Assembly (NCBI GenBank): GCA_009859145.1
Contig: VRVR01000010.1
Coordinates: 351,965-409,697, forward strand
Length of the DNA stretch: 57,733 nucleotides
From: Andalucia godoyi And28
Lineage: Eukaryota > Protista > Jakobida
Reading direction: 5' to 3'
The position numbers were made by a program, and so were the translations under genes. Below the pieces are notes generated by a model. The model ran no database searches, had not been told where the DNA came from, and was given only the letters and a program-made list of their open reading frames with translations. Shown here piece after piece: positions 30,788 to 41,588 of this stretch. The number at the start of each line of letters is the position of its first letter. Positions within the stretch are counted from its first letter, which is position 1.

Positions 30788-32146
30788 ATGCGTTTTCCCG
30801 CATTTTCGATTCTTCGAGAACTGCTGCGGCACAAGAGCTTGGGAAACTACCGGGTGCATTTATCAGACATCTGGATGACGCTTGTGGATTGGCTTCGGTG
30901 CCGGTCCCTGGTTCGTTTGAAGCATCTTCCGGTGTGCAAGAATCCTTCAACGGCCCTCCGAGGCACAACAAATGCATGCTCGATATACACGATCGAAGAC
31001 GAACTTCGAGAATTCCGAACGGGAGTTCTGCTGAGGTTTCTGTCCTCGGGGGACCACATTCTGCTGTACAACATACAACATGGTTTCGTGCTGTTTACAG
31101 TGATGCGGCTTAATGGATGGGATCGACGATCCGACGTGTGCTACCGCTTTCGTGCATTTCCGTTTTCTCACCAAACGGAACTCCTTTCGTTTTACGCATT
31201 GCACGTGTACGTGTACGAACCGGCTGATAATCCCGAGTTGCTGATTGCAGTCGGATTGACAGAATTTGGTGAATGCCATGTGACTGTGATCTACCGTGAT
31301 GAAGAATCCATGCTCCCTTTGCAGTCATGTCATTTCCACATACAAACTCTCCACAAACTCGATACCGTTTCGCAGTGGTGCTTTTTGCGGAAAAACCACC
31401 TGTTTCTTTGCTCGGGGGACGCTGTTTGGACATTTGACATAGTTCCTATACAAAAAGAGATTGATGGACGCTCATTCTGGAGCACTGCCGACGAGATCGA
31501 TAATGCTAGCCCGAATCCCGGCCCGGGAGCATTCATCGCTGAGCGACTAAGCTCGCGGTTGTCCATGTATTGGAATCCGTCCAATTCGGAGACCTTGTTT
31601 ATTCGGAAGAACAGTGTATTTGATGTTGAGCGGGCAGTCCATTCGGTGCTTGACCGACTGACCACGGAAAAGCCAGAACTGTTTGCAGGCGCACAGGTTG
31701 AAGACTACTTCATGTCCGTGGTTTCGTCCTCTGATGACGACGACGTATTGTCGTATGTGCGTCAAGGATACGCAAGCACCCGTGAAGACTCTTTCGTGGA
31801 GGAGACAGTGGGCCACGCAGCCCAAGTAATTTCAGTGATTGGACTGCGATTGACCATTCAGGTTGTTGTTGGTGTCGTCTGTGTCGCACCAGCCGGCGAA
31901 GGTGCTGTGCAATTTCCGCGCATCTTCGGCCCTTTCCTTTCCAGGGGGTCTGTCACGGAGTGCCAAGAGTTCTCGCAGAAACTCTCCCAGCTTATATTGG
32001 TCCAGTCCGGTTATGGAAGCAAAAGCGATCATAACGCGCTGAATGTCCCCGTTCTGACGAACGACGCGATTTTCGGACACGAATCTCTGAGCTGCTTCGT
32101 CCACCCAAGTTCCTGGTTCCTGGTGGAGGGATTTGGTGCAAAATGA
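30788..32146 (+). CDS. DCAF15-like CRL4 substrate receptor
   Basis: GVLLRFLSSGDHILLY, DYFMSVV and C-terminal LTNDAIFGHESL resemble recalled DCAF15 motifs. Confidence 0.55.
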   Translation: MRFPAFSILRELLRHKSLGNYRVHLSDIWMTLVDWLRCRSLVRLKHLPVCKNPSTALRGTTNACSIYTIEDELREFRTGVLLRFLSSGDHILLYNIQHGFVLFTVMRLNGWDRRSDVCYRFRAFPFSHQTELLSFYALHVYVYEPADNPELLIAVGLTEFGECHVTVIYRDEESMLPLQSCHFHIQTLHKLDTVSQWCFLRKNHLFLCSGDAVWTFDIVPIQKEIDGRSFWSTADEIDNASPNPGPGAFIAERLSSRLSMYWNPSNSETLFIRKNSVFDVERAVHSVLDRLTTEKPELFAGAQVEDYFMSVVSSSDDDDVLSYVRQGYASTREDSFVEETVGHAAQVISVIGLRLTIQVVVGVVCVAPAGEGAVQFPRIFGPFLSRGSVTECQEFSQKLSQLILVQSGYGSKSDHNALNVPVLTNDAIFGHESLSCFVHPSSWFLVEGFGAK

Positions 32147-32170
32147 AATTCAGGGGATCCAGAACCATTT

Positions 32171-35100
32171 TTAAACATTATTAGGTACCCGAATGCGACG
32201 GGGAACTGTAAAAACATCCGCCTTACCTTCAATGGCGTCCATGAGAAGTTCTGTCAACGTCTCTTCCAAAACAGACTCAATAAACCCGTCCTGGCCTTTC
32301 AAGGATTGTCTCTGACGATCAGATTCCAGCACGGTCTCCTCCGAAACCACGGAAACGCTGCGCTCGGATTTTTGGCGAACAATATCCGCAAACAATGGAA
32401 TATCCGAAGCAGGAGGAAGGGCTGCAGAGAGCGACCCAATCGCGTGCAGAGTATCAGAAAACGCAGGGTCCAACATGACGCTGCCAAGAACGTCTTCCAA
32501 TACGTTCCCAATTACCCGAACATCGCGATCCTGTAATGACGATCCAAGTGGGAGATTCGCGGGTTCAGCGTATCGACGATGGGACGACTTTGCAGGCCGA
32601 ATTTCAAGCCTAACTGTCAAAGCGGCTTTGTACATCACATCTGCATCCTCCTGATCTTCTTGGTCATTGAAAATAGACGTCCGTCCAGAAACAACCGACG
32701 AAGTCTCGTCAATTGAATCAGCAACAGAAAACGAACGTTCCGAAACGGTCCCTGGAACCCCGCGTCTCGCGACCGAAGTGGTGGCAGAGCTCCTCTCGGA
32801 GACGGATCGACGATCAAACTCCTCCAGCTTGTCGTGCTGTTCGAGGCCCGTTGTCATCGCAAACCTCGCCTTGGAAGTCACTGTCAAATTGTCCACCACT
32901 GATTTGCGTTTTTTCGAGCGCAGCTTGTTCTTGCGTCTCGCCTCGGTTTTTCTTTCCGCTTCGTTTTCGTCTTCATCGTCGTCTGCTTCCGCTTCTTTCT
33001 CCAATTCTAATCGTCGCGTGTAGTTCTCCACGTCAAGCATGAGATCCCAGACTCCAGTTTGTGGAATCGCACCGGAATTCAAGATGATTCCAAAGGCAGC
33101 GCTTTCGTGCGGCGGCACAAAAGTCTCTGGTGGATCCAAGGCAAACACCTCATCACCTCGTGAGGCATCATCCACAAACGACGAGCTGATTCGATAGGTA
33201 AATGAGCTGGTGTTTCGGACACAAACAAGACGCCGTTCTTTTGCGAATGTTTCGCAATCGAAAATACTCAGGCGGGGAGCAAAAACAAGGGGCTGCGATT
33301 CAACCGCGATTTCCTGGAGGACAGGGATGGATAAGCGACTGTAAAACTCGGCACAAGAGCCAGCGGAGGCCGGAAGGAGGCCTTCCGAGTGGAAGGCAAC
33401 TCGGTACTCATCCAACACTTTGTCCGCTGTCAGCAACTGCAAAACGACTGGAAACGAATACCGCTTCGCTTCAAGAGGCTGGAAGACCCATCTGGTCATG
33501 ACATGGCTGCAGGGGCCCAGCAAAAGATCGGAATCCAAGCAACGCAACACTTCAAATCCGTATTCCTCGCCTTGTGCACACAGAATTCGGAAGGTGACCG
33601 TTTCATCGGTCGGGTTATCCACTCTCCAGTACTGTACAGGTGGTGAACGGTCGCCGATGAGAACAGGACACATTCTGTGCTGCGGATGCACAAACAAACA
33701 CCGCTGGAGAGGCAGCAACGTTCGACCACGAAGGTTCATGACAATTCTCTTCCCTTTGCGGATATTCAACAACACAGGCAATTCGTGAACAGTTATATTC
33801 TGCCGTGGAGCAAGAGAGAACGCATACTCCAACTTGATCTCAACGCTGTTGCCCGGACTGAGAACACCGCTTCGCGGGGAAATATGTATGATCTTGTCAT
33901 CCACAAGCTGCCGATACAAGAGATCACGCTCTGTCAATTCCTCCTTGTCAGCCCATTGCTCAACTTCCACATCGCTGTCCGTTGGGAGACGGAATTCAAA
34001 GGGTGCGCTCACCAACCCGCAGTTCTTGACCTTCCAGACAATCGTGTGAGCAGTGGCATTCAATGCAGCAGTTCCGAGATCGACATCAAACGACTCCAAG
34101 GTTTCGACGACCTTTTGGAACGGCAGAGTGCCGTCAACAGTATACTCGCAGTGCTGTACCGCCGATGCCAACACATCATTCATCACCGCAGCAGACGTGT
34201 TTTCCCAGATTCTCTGCGTGGATGGCTCGCGGTTCGAGAAAACATCGCATATTTGCAAAAGTGGATGCTCACCCGTGGCTGACACGGATCCCCTTAATTC
34301 CGAATCAAATTTCCCTTCTCGTCCCACTTCACAGACAAAGCCCAAGTGATTTGGGCCCCGAGTGGAAGGCCGTAGTATGACGTATACGGTCTTCGAAGAC
34401 CGGGCGGGAATAGTTCCCTCTGCTTCCGAAAAGAAAAGACCAGTTGGGCGATTCTTGTAATCGCGGTGCTGCGGCTGATCCACAGAGGTAAATCGGAAGC
34501 GCATTGGACAATCGGCATGGTTCAGCATCGTCAAAGGCCGCTTCGACTTCGCTCCTAACAAACATGGCCCAAACTCAAGAGACTGTGGCTCCAGCGACAC
34601 GACACCAAAGGATGAGGTACCGGAAATGCGCAACTCTTCTCGATTGCAGAGGATTGCCAGTTCTTCCGTCGTTTCCGGTTCAGAAGGTCTAAATATGACA
34701 TCGACAGAAACGGAGTCCCGTCCCATGATCTTGCCTTCTGCAGGAACGACAGTAATGATGTTTCTCGAACGACTGGGAAACTTCCATGAAAACGTGGAAG
34801 GTACGCATGAAACATTGAACACACGCAAGCTTCGTTTTGCAGTCGCGCCAACAAACGTTGGCGGGAAAATGAGAGAATTCTTTTCCAGGGTAATTTCTTG
34901 GGGGGAGACAATGCCGATCAAGGAGATCACACGTCGATGCTGTGCATTCAGAAGCAACTCAAGAGTGCCTTTCCTGATCATTCCCAGGCTGTCCGATTTC
35001 GAAGGGTTAAACATTACTGGGACCAAAAAGCGGCTGTTGCCAAGTACCAGACCCCCCTGCGTACTCACTCTGAATTCGCTAGAATTTGATGCTATCGTTG

Positions 35101-37117
35101 CAGTGAACTGGCAAGGAGTCGATATCGAATTCTCTAACACGACCACGTGCATCTTGTGACCTGCCCTTTCTAATGGAGCAAACACCACTTCTGATGGATT
35201 GATTTTGAGGGAAGGAGGCATTCGCTCCGAACCAGCAGGGAAGGTGTCGCCCACAGCTGCGAGACGGATGCACCATGGGGGAACCAGCGTCTTGTCTGTC
35301 ACCAGCCGGAAGGACCTATTGACCTTCCACGATGCATAGCATTCAAGCTCATGCGCAAAATACTGTGTATCAAACTCGGGACGGAAATAAACTCGGAATG
35401 TCACAGACCCGTGTGGGGGAAGGTCCGCTTGCGGAGGTTGAACGTCAAACACTGGGCGCCCACTTCTTGCGTCGCGAGGACATACCCATGTCAGCTGCAA
35501 TTTCCCATCTGCTTTGGATTCCACAGTCACACTTTTGCTCGAGGAGGTGGCAGAAAATCGCGAAACAGATCCAAACGAAAGACACGTGCCGTTTTCTGTC
35601 TTCACACGGACCGGGGTCGGGGCGAAGCCAAACAACTCGTCGATTGCCTGCACATTACTTTCGTTGTCAAATACAGGTTCATCCTTGGGGCCTTGGAGTT
35701 GTTCCAGTTGTTGTGGCAACAAAAGCGCCTTGTCAACATTAGAACCCCGCGAGCGGTATGCACTGACGTGCTTCATCAACAGCGGAAGCGGCCTGTTCTC
35801 AGGGTCGAATGACGTGCCAACGAGATCCACGTACAGCGGATCCGCGCACCCGAAGAACGACACAAAAACTCGGCGATAGAAGTTCACAGGCACCAGAGGC
35901 GTAAATGCGAAACTGACAGACACCTGGCTCAAAGGAGAAATGACGCCACTTGAGGGCGTGGCAAGAAAAGAACCACTTTCTTCATAGCAATCCAGACTGA
36001 AAGCAACCGGAATCTCGCCATCATTTTTCAAATGAACAACTTTCACCTTTCTCTCATTCAATGGCACGTCTCCAAACGAAAGATGATCTGGAGACAGGGA
36101 TACGCAGGGAGGAACAGCTTGGCCGACAAGAGACAGCTCAACAGTCGCAGGCGGGTTCTCATCGAACGGAGGAGTAATCACGCGAAAAGATGCAGAAGAT
36201 CGAGTTGTTGGATTGACAGGAGTGAAAAATGCTTTGAACGTCATTACCGAGTCTGGAGGAATCTGTCCAACGGCAGGCTCGAAGCGGAAAACAGAATCAA
36301 CTCCAGGAGCAGGACAGCCTCGTGAAATAGGAAGTATTCTGAAATCTGCATTGACCAAAGAATGATTCCGAATGTTAAACATGTACTCCTTTGTCTGAAA
36401 TGGCAAGACATCTCCAAAGTCGATTCGCTCGACAGATGCTTTCAGAAACGGATACTTCGAAATTGCCGACACCCGCAGAGTTCTTGTGAAAAATTCTCCT
36501 TTGGACTGGAATCCAATGTGAAACGTGCGCAGCAACACCGAGGCATCCTTCGGAAGGAGCGAGACGGTGATTACACTGGAATTTCCAGGAGCTATTCCTG
36601 TCTTCTTTGGAGACACATCAAAATCTGTATTTCCATCTACGCGATCGGAGAACTGGAAAGTTAGTGGTTTCTCACCAGTGTTTGTTAACTTGATCGATCG
36701 TTTTGATACCACATGCACCGGGCAGAGTCCAAAATCAAGAGCGCCATCCAGAGACACATCCATCTTTGGCAAAGTTGCGCGAACCCTTACAAAAAAGGAG
36801 CCGCGAGGACACTGGAACTCGATGAGATCGATGTACTCGTCTTCTTCAATAGGGCGGAACGAAACGGAAACCACCGACTCCATTCCAGCAGCAAGAGGAA
36901 TTGGTTCGGGGAATCTGAGGAAGAAGAACTTGGTATCAGGAAGCACGTATTTGATCGTTTGGGTCTTTTTCGAAACATTTTTCAACGACAATGGTAGTGT
37001 GTAGTCACCGCCAGGAACCCATCCCTCCCAATGCAGCTCATCAGGGCAATCAAAACCGTACTTTCTCTTTCGCTCATCACGAGACAAGACTACACGCTCG
37101 CTGTCTGGAACCACCAT
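32171..37117 (-). CDS. CFAP65: Cilia- and flagella-associated protein 65 (tandem ASH/MSP Ig-like domains)
   Basis: N-terminal W.GW..G...L.LKN...KY..P.TKFF...P.PI.L..G......FRP and repeated ASH-type domains. Confidence 0.88.
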   Translation of the reverse strand: MVVPDSERVVLSRDERKRKYGFDCPDELHWEGWVPGGDYTLPLSLKNVSKKTQTIKYVLPDTKFFFLRFPEPIPLAAGMESVVSVSFRPIEEDEYIDLIEFQCPRGSFFVRVRATLPKMDVSLDGALDFGLCPVHVVSKRSIKLTNTGEKPLTFQFSDRVDGNTDFDVSPKKTGIAPGNSSVITVSLLPKDASVLLRTFHIGFQSKGEFFTRTLRVSAISKYPFLKASVERIDFGDVLPFQTKEYMFNIRNHSLVNADFRILPISRGCPAPGVDSVFRFEPAVGQIPPDSVMTFKAFFTPVNPTTRSSASFRVITPPFDENPPATVELSLVGQAVPPCVSLSPDHLSFGDVPLNERKVKVVHLKNDGEIPVAFSLDCYEESGSFLATPSSGVISPLSQVSVSFAFTPLVPVNFYRRVFVSFFGCADPLYVDLVGTSFDPENRPLPLLMKHVSAYRSRGSNVDKALLLPQQLEQLQGPKDEPVFDNESNVQAIDELFGFAPTPVRVKTENGTCLSFGSVSRFSATSSSKSVTVESKADGKLQLTWVCPRDARSGRPVFDVQPPQADLPPHGSVTFRVYFRPEFDTQYFAHELECYASWKVNRSFRLVTDKTLVPPWCIRLAAVGDTFPAGSERMPPSLKINPSEVVFAPLERAGHKMHVVVLENSISTPCQFTATIASNSSEFRVSTQGGLVLGNSRFLVPVMFNPSKSDSLGMIRKGTLELLLNAQHRRVISLIGIVSPQEITLEKNSLIFPPTFVGATAKRSLRVFNVSCVPSTFSWKFPSRSRNIITVVPAEGKIMGRDSVSVDVIFRPSEPETTEELAILCNREELRISGTSSFGVVSLEPQSLEFGPCLLGAKSKRPLTMLNHADCPMRFRFTSVDQPQHRDYKNRPTGLFFSEAEGTIPARSSKTVYVILRPSTRGPNHLGFVCEVGREGKFDSELRGSVSATGEHPLLQICDVFSNREPSTQRIWENTSAAVMNDVLASAVQHCEYTVDGTLPFQKVVETLESFDVDLGTAALNATAHTIVWKVKNCGLVSAPFEFRLPTDSDVEVEQWADKEELTERDLLYRQLVDDKIIHISPRSGVLSPGNSVEIKLEYAFSLAPRQNITVHELPVLLNIRKGKRIVMNLRGRTLLPLQRCLFVHPQHRMCPVLIGDRSPPVQYWRVDNPTDETVTFRILCAQGEEYGFEVLRCLDSDLLLGPCSHVMTRWVFQPLEAKRYSFPVVLQLLTADKVLDEYRVAFHSEGLLPASAGSCAEFYSRLSIPVLQEIAVESQPLVFAPRLSIFDCETFAKERRLVCVRNTSSFTYRISSSFVDDASRGDEVFALDPPETFVPPHESAAFGIILNSGAIPQTGVWDLMLDVENYTRRLELEKEAEADDDEDENEAERKTEARRKNKLRSKKRKSVVDNLTVTSKARFAMTTGLEQHDKLEEFDRRSVSERSSATTSVARRGVPGTVSERSFSVADSIDETSSVVSGRTSIFNDQEDQEDADVMYKAALTVRLEIRPAKSSHRRYAEPANLPLGSSLQDRDVRVIGNVLEDVLGSVMLDPAFSDTLHAIGSLSAALPPASDIPLFADIVRQKSERSVSVVSEETVLESDRQRQSLKGQDGFIESVLEETLTELLMDAIEGKADVFTVPRRIRVPNNV

Positions 37118-37123
37118 TATGGA

Positions 37124-37259
37124 CTATGAAAACATGCACAGAAAAAAGGGAACGATACGAAAGTACGCAAAGCACAAGGAGAAACAAGCGCAAGTTAAAA
37201 CAGAGAGGAAAAAAATAATAGATAAATAAAAAGGAGAGAAACAGAAACAAGTAACTCAC
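37124..37259 (-). other. Probable 5' UTR intron of CFAP65
   Basis: GTGAGT donor at 37259, pyrimidine-rich body, TTTTCATAG acceptor at 37124, 6 nt before the ATG. Confidence 0.6.
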
Positions 37260-37548
37260 GGCCAGACTCGGTAGAATTTTGACAGGAACGATAAAAGAGA
37301 GTAAGAAGAGAAAGAAAGGTGGGGAAAAACGGCGGTTTTAGGAAACGGTGATGCACGTTTGGTGTTGCAGCATAGACATCTCATCAAGTTTCCTGTCTGC
37401 GGGGAAAACGCTGAACAGCAGGAATCTCCAGCCTTTTGGCTTCTGGGCGTGTGTCCTCCTGTTCCCCCTTCTCTTCCCCCTCCTTCTCCCCCTTCTTCTT
37501 CTCTGCTTTCCTGGTTTCCAAATAGCGGTGGGAATTGAGTTGCGAAAG

Positions 37549-40500
37549 ATGGCAAGTGTGCCAATGAAGATTGATTACTTGGAGTCGCTGTCTGGTCACG
37601 CGGCTTCCAAACTGTCTGGGAGACCGACATGTATATATCCCGTGTCAGATCTGGTCTTTGTTGGGTCGGCATTCGGGTGTGTGTTGGCGTATGCATTGGT
37701 CGAAGACTGCAGTGTGTGCACATACGGAGACTTGGTTCCGGACCGTGCACTGGTACATGGGCCTGTAACTGCGATTGAGATTTCCGTGACTGGTGTTCGA
37801 AGGGCGTCTGCAGACTCGTCTGTTTTCGCAAAGTATGCTTCTGCTGCGTGGTTTAAGGACAACGATTCACAGCTGTTGGTGGCTTTTGAGAACCGGACAA
37901 TCTCCTTCTTCGATCTCCATACTCGTGTATTTCTACGTAGCGTGTCGGTCACAACGCTGCCCGGGAGAATTACGGGAATGAAATGGGCGTCCGAAGAGAA
38001 TCTGGTGGTCGCGACGGCCTTTGGTGTTGCAAAAGTGCCAATCAGCACGAAGACCTCTGGAGTCTCCAGTGTCTTCAGTGCTCTTTCAAAAACAAACGAA
38101 AGCATCATTTTGTTTTCTTTGGGCGAGGAATGCAAGAATACGGATCTGGTTGGTTTGCACGGGTCGGATTACATGTCATTCGCGTACAAGACGAGATCGG
38201 AAGTTGGGGTTGTGTTGCTGAAATCTCCGTCACGGCCTTGTTTCCGCCATATCATGAATACCCCTGGTGCGCTGCAATACTGTGTGTTTGATAGTCCGGC
38301 AGAGCATTGTTGCTACGTGTGCGTCTGGGACGGAGATCGTCTTGTGTTTCGCAGCACTTCCGATCCTCCCGTGAAGCCCGTTGAAGAATATGCGATCGAC
38401 CCTAGTCTGCGAAAGTTCACCCCTTCATGCATTCGATTCGTGTCTGCCTCCAGAGTGATAGTTATCGGAGGCTCTTCTCGGATTGCAGTCTTCGATCGAG
38501 AAAAACAAACATGGAGCTGCGTCGTGTGCCCATTCGATCTTACGTCATCCGTCGTCAGTGTTTCCTCCTCGGTTCCACGAGTGTTGCTGAATCACGAACA
38601 AGAATTTTATGCAGTCAGAAGCACATCTTCAATGGATCGAATGGACGACATACTGCTGAGAGGCGATTTCCGGGGATTCATGAAGGAGGTCAGCCGTGTG
38701 CTGAGTCTGTTGTCACCGAGTTCGAAGAACGCACTTTCATCTTCCTTGTTTTCGAAAGTAGCGACAGTCATCAACTCCGTTGCATCGTCTCCTGCTCTCG
38801 AAGAGTCTGTGTTTCTGGCATTGCTTTCTGACGCCCCCATTCAAGCCTTGAAATCCATGTCTGTGGATGGTGTGATCAGCATTTGCAAATCAAAATGCTT
38901 TTTCAAGTGCGTTTTCTTCTTGCAGCTGTTGGTTTTGGAACAGCCGGTGAAAGCGCTAGATTTCCTATTGGAGGAAGCATTTTTATCCACCGAACGAGAC
39001 CAGTTTGTGTATGGAATTCCCTACGTCAATCGCTGGTATCGCGAAAGCACAGATCGCAATTCAAAAGTTAGCTTCACGGAGGCGGTCTTCTATGCAGACA
39101 TTCTTCCCATCGTGGGTCGGCATCCATATCCTCGTCTTCGAACCTTGTTTTCGATCTCTGTTTCTGAGACGACAGCTCTGATGACGACCATGTTTGACGA
39201 CGAATCCGAGTCGTCTCCGTTTCGAAAGAAGAAGAAGCTGCGTTTCGAAGATGATGATGCAAATCCAGCAGATTTTGTGTGCATCTCGAGGAAAGTCATC
39301 TACGATGCGCTGCTTTGCTTGCAAGACCTGGCGGATCCGCGGCTCACCGATGAAGTTGCTCTGCTGTATTCCAGGATATTGCGATCGTCATCTGTTTCAG
39401 ATTGGGTTGTTCCAACTGCTCAGCTGTTTGGAGCGTTTCATCTCGTGGCCAAACTGCAGTCTCTGAATCTCTCCAGCCGGGAAGAGCTGCTAAGGGGAAT
39501 ATTGGTCAACGTTCCGACGCCGGATTTGGCGTTTGAAAGATTTGCGGACGTGTCAAGAGCGTGCGGTTGTGATTTTGTTGCGTTTGAGATTCTTCGTGCT
39601 GAGAAGCGCTTCCTGGACTGCCTGCATCTCTGTTTTGATTCTCCAGATGAACGGCTGCGCCAAGGATTGTTTGACTTTATTTCTGCATCAATGGATGCAG
39701 TTCCGGCAGGCTCCTCGCGTGAATTTCTTGGTGCAGTGCGGACGTATCTGCCGAGGATGATTGCCACGGATGCTGCGGGGACAATGAAAATAATCATCAA
39801 CTTTCTTTCTTCCGACGCTGCAGCGATTCTTCGTGATCTGGAGCCGTATCCAGAGTTGCTGTACAAGTTTCTTCGAGAAGTCTTTTCCTATTCCCTCACC
39901 GCCGATGCATCGATTTTTGGTGGTCGCGAAGATGCACTGCAGTTTGTCAAGCAAAATCTTGCAGAAAATACGGATACCGTAGAGTTGTATGTTGAGCTTT
40001 TGTGCAAGTTCGACCCGGATTTTGTGTATCCGTTTTTGTCGAGAACGGATCGATATCACCTTGACCGTTGTCTTGCGATATGTGAGAAGTATGCGGTTGT
40101 GGACGCCGTGGCATTTTTGTTGGAGAAAACAGGGGACGTTCATCGATCCGTCAAAATGGTGTGTGCGGAGTTGTCAAAGTTCTTATTTAATCCATTCAAG
40201 GATTTTGTTGCTTTGGCAGATGACTCCAAGCTTTGTGTCGATGGCTCTCTTGTTGCTCGTTTCCGCCAGGTTGCGATTGCAACGGCTGAAAGAGCAATTG
40301 GCGTTCTTTCTGAGGAAGATGTTCAATTTTTGTGGTTCACTCTTCTCAATGTCTTCACTTCGTCGCCGAGCACGCTTTCTGATCTAGTTGGCACTTTTGG
40401 CGATGCAGAGTCGTTTGCAGGGCTGAAGTCCGATGTTTCCGCTACAGAAGCTGAAGAAAAAGCGATTGAAAGTCAGCTGGAATATCTGAAACAGGAACTG

Positions 40501-41295
40501 GCGTCGGATCCCTCGGATGGCATCCGAGAAGAATTCAAGAACACTGCGTACGATCTGAAGAACTGCCGAAGTCAGCTGCGACGACTTCGTGAGCAAGTCA
40601 AGAAGTTTATTGTGTTAACGGCTTCCAAGTTTGACCGCCTCAAAGAACTGGAAGAGCAGTTTCATGTCGTCGTCGCTGAGTCCATTCAGGTTGTTATGAA
40701 TGCGATGGTACTCCGTGTTCCGATGGCGACGGTTATTTCAAAGATCGTTTCTGAACATGGGAATGATTCTTTGGGGCTGTTCCGGAATACATTGTCCTTC
40801 ATGTTGGAAAACTACCGGTTTGAGAGCTCTTTGATGGGCACGGTAGCACGTCTCATGAAGAGCGATTCCTATCGTTTAGGGCAAGGGTATTTGGGCTTCG
40901 TCAAGCAACGGCTGCCGGAGGCGCAAGTAGAGCGTCCTGATGCAGCAGCTGCAAGTAGCACACCCGCCAACCCGGCTCCTCGTTCGTCGAAAGCACGCGG
41001 GGAAGCTGCCTCCAAGAATCCTGTTTTGACCGCTATCGCGCCCACGAGTGTTGATGCCTGCAAACGATGGAGTAGGCTGTCCAACAGCAGCAACATTACG
41101 AAGCGCCGGTTTGTGGATCTCCTGAACGAACTGATTGTCGCAGCAGCGACATCGATCACGACGACCGGCACTGCGTTGCTGCCTCCTCCTGGTGGATATC
41201 CGAAAATTGACTATCATGGTGACATCAATCCAAATTTCGTGGAGGATGTTGACGTGTCGGATGCCTTGGACGAATATTGGACGTTGCAAGTGTAA
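37549..41295 (+). CDS. VPS8: VPS8-like CORVET subunit (WD40 + clathrin-repeat helical region)
   Basis: N-terminal beta-propeller segments; YVELLCKFDP..V..FL....Y.L..CL.IC......DA.AFLLEKTG; LWFTLL; ML.NY.FE..L; ATG 37549. Confidence 0.75.
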   Translation: MASVPMKIDYLESLSGHAASKLSGRPTCIYPVSDLVFVGSAFGCVLAYALVEDCSVCTYGDLVPDRALVHGPVTAIEISVTGVRRASADSSVFAKYASAAWFKDNDSQLLVAFENRTISFFDLHTRVFLRSVSVTTLPGRITGMKWASEENLVVATAFGVAKVPISTKTSGVSSVFSALSKTNESIILFSLGEECKNTDLVGLHGSDYMSFAYKTRSEVGVVLLKSPSRPCFRHIMNTPGALQYCVFDSPAEHCCYVCVWDGDRLVFRSTSDPPVKPVEEYAIDPSLRKFTPSCIRFVSASRVIVIGGSSRIAVFDREKQTWSCVVCPFDLTSSVVSVSSSVPRVLLNHEQEFYAVRSTSSMDRMDDILLRGDFRGFMKEVSRVLSLLSPSSKNALSSSLFSKVATVINSVASSPALEESVFLALLSDAPIQALKSMSVDGVISICKSKCFFKCVFFLQLLVLEQPVKALDFLLEEAFLSTERDQFVYGIPYVNRWYRESTDRNSKVSFTEAVFYADILPIVGRHPYPRLRTLFSISVSETTALMTTMFDDESESSPFRKKKKLRFEDDDANPADFVCISRKVIYDALLCLQDLADPRLTDEVALLYSRILRSSSVSDWVVPTAQLFGAFHLVAKLQSLNLSSREELLRGILVNVPTPDLAFERFADVSRACGCDFVAFEILRAEKRFLDCLHLCFDSPDERLRQGLFDFISASMDAVPAGSSREFLGAVRTYLPRMIATDAAGTMKIIINFLSSDAAAILRDLEPYPELLYKFLREVFSYSLTADASIFGGREDALQFVKQNLAENTDTVELYVELLCKFDPDFVYPFLSRTDRYHLDRCLAICEKYAVVDAVAFLLEKTGDVHRSVKMVCAELSKFLFNPFKDFVALADDSKLCVDGSLVARFRQVAIATAERAIGVLSEEDVQFLWFTLLNVFTSSPSTLSDLVGTFGDAESFAGLKSDVSATEAEEKAIESQLEYLKQELASDPSDGIREEFKNTAYDLKNCRSQLRRLREQVKKFIVLTASKFDRLKELEEQFHVVVAESIQVVMNAMVLRVPMATVISKIVSEHGNDSLGLFRNTLSFMLENYRFESSLMGTVARLMKSDSYRLGQGYLGFVKQRLPEAQVERPDAAAASSTPANPAPRSSKARGEAASKNPVLTAIAPTSVDACKRWSRLSNSSNITKRRFVDLLNELIVAAATSITTTGTALLPPPGGYPKIDYHGDINPNFVEDVDVSDALDEYWTLQV

Positions 41296-41588
41296 ATATT
41301 TTATTATGATTATGATTAGGACTGGTTTTCACATGGTTTGTTCCTTGTTGAGGCTGATTATTCTTTTCTTTTCTTTTTCTTGCGATGTCTTAGCATCTCT
41401 GCTGCCGCAGCTACTGCGAGCAAACAACGATTGATGACGACTGGCGTATGATGCAGGAAATAACAAGCCTGGCATTGCTTACAAAGCACGGCGGAGCGAA
41501 AATAAATATCAAATAATAATAATAATAATAATAAATAATATAAATATAAAACAACGCAGAATCGCACACGTACAGAACAAATCAGATT

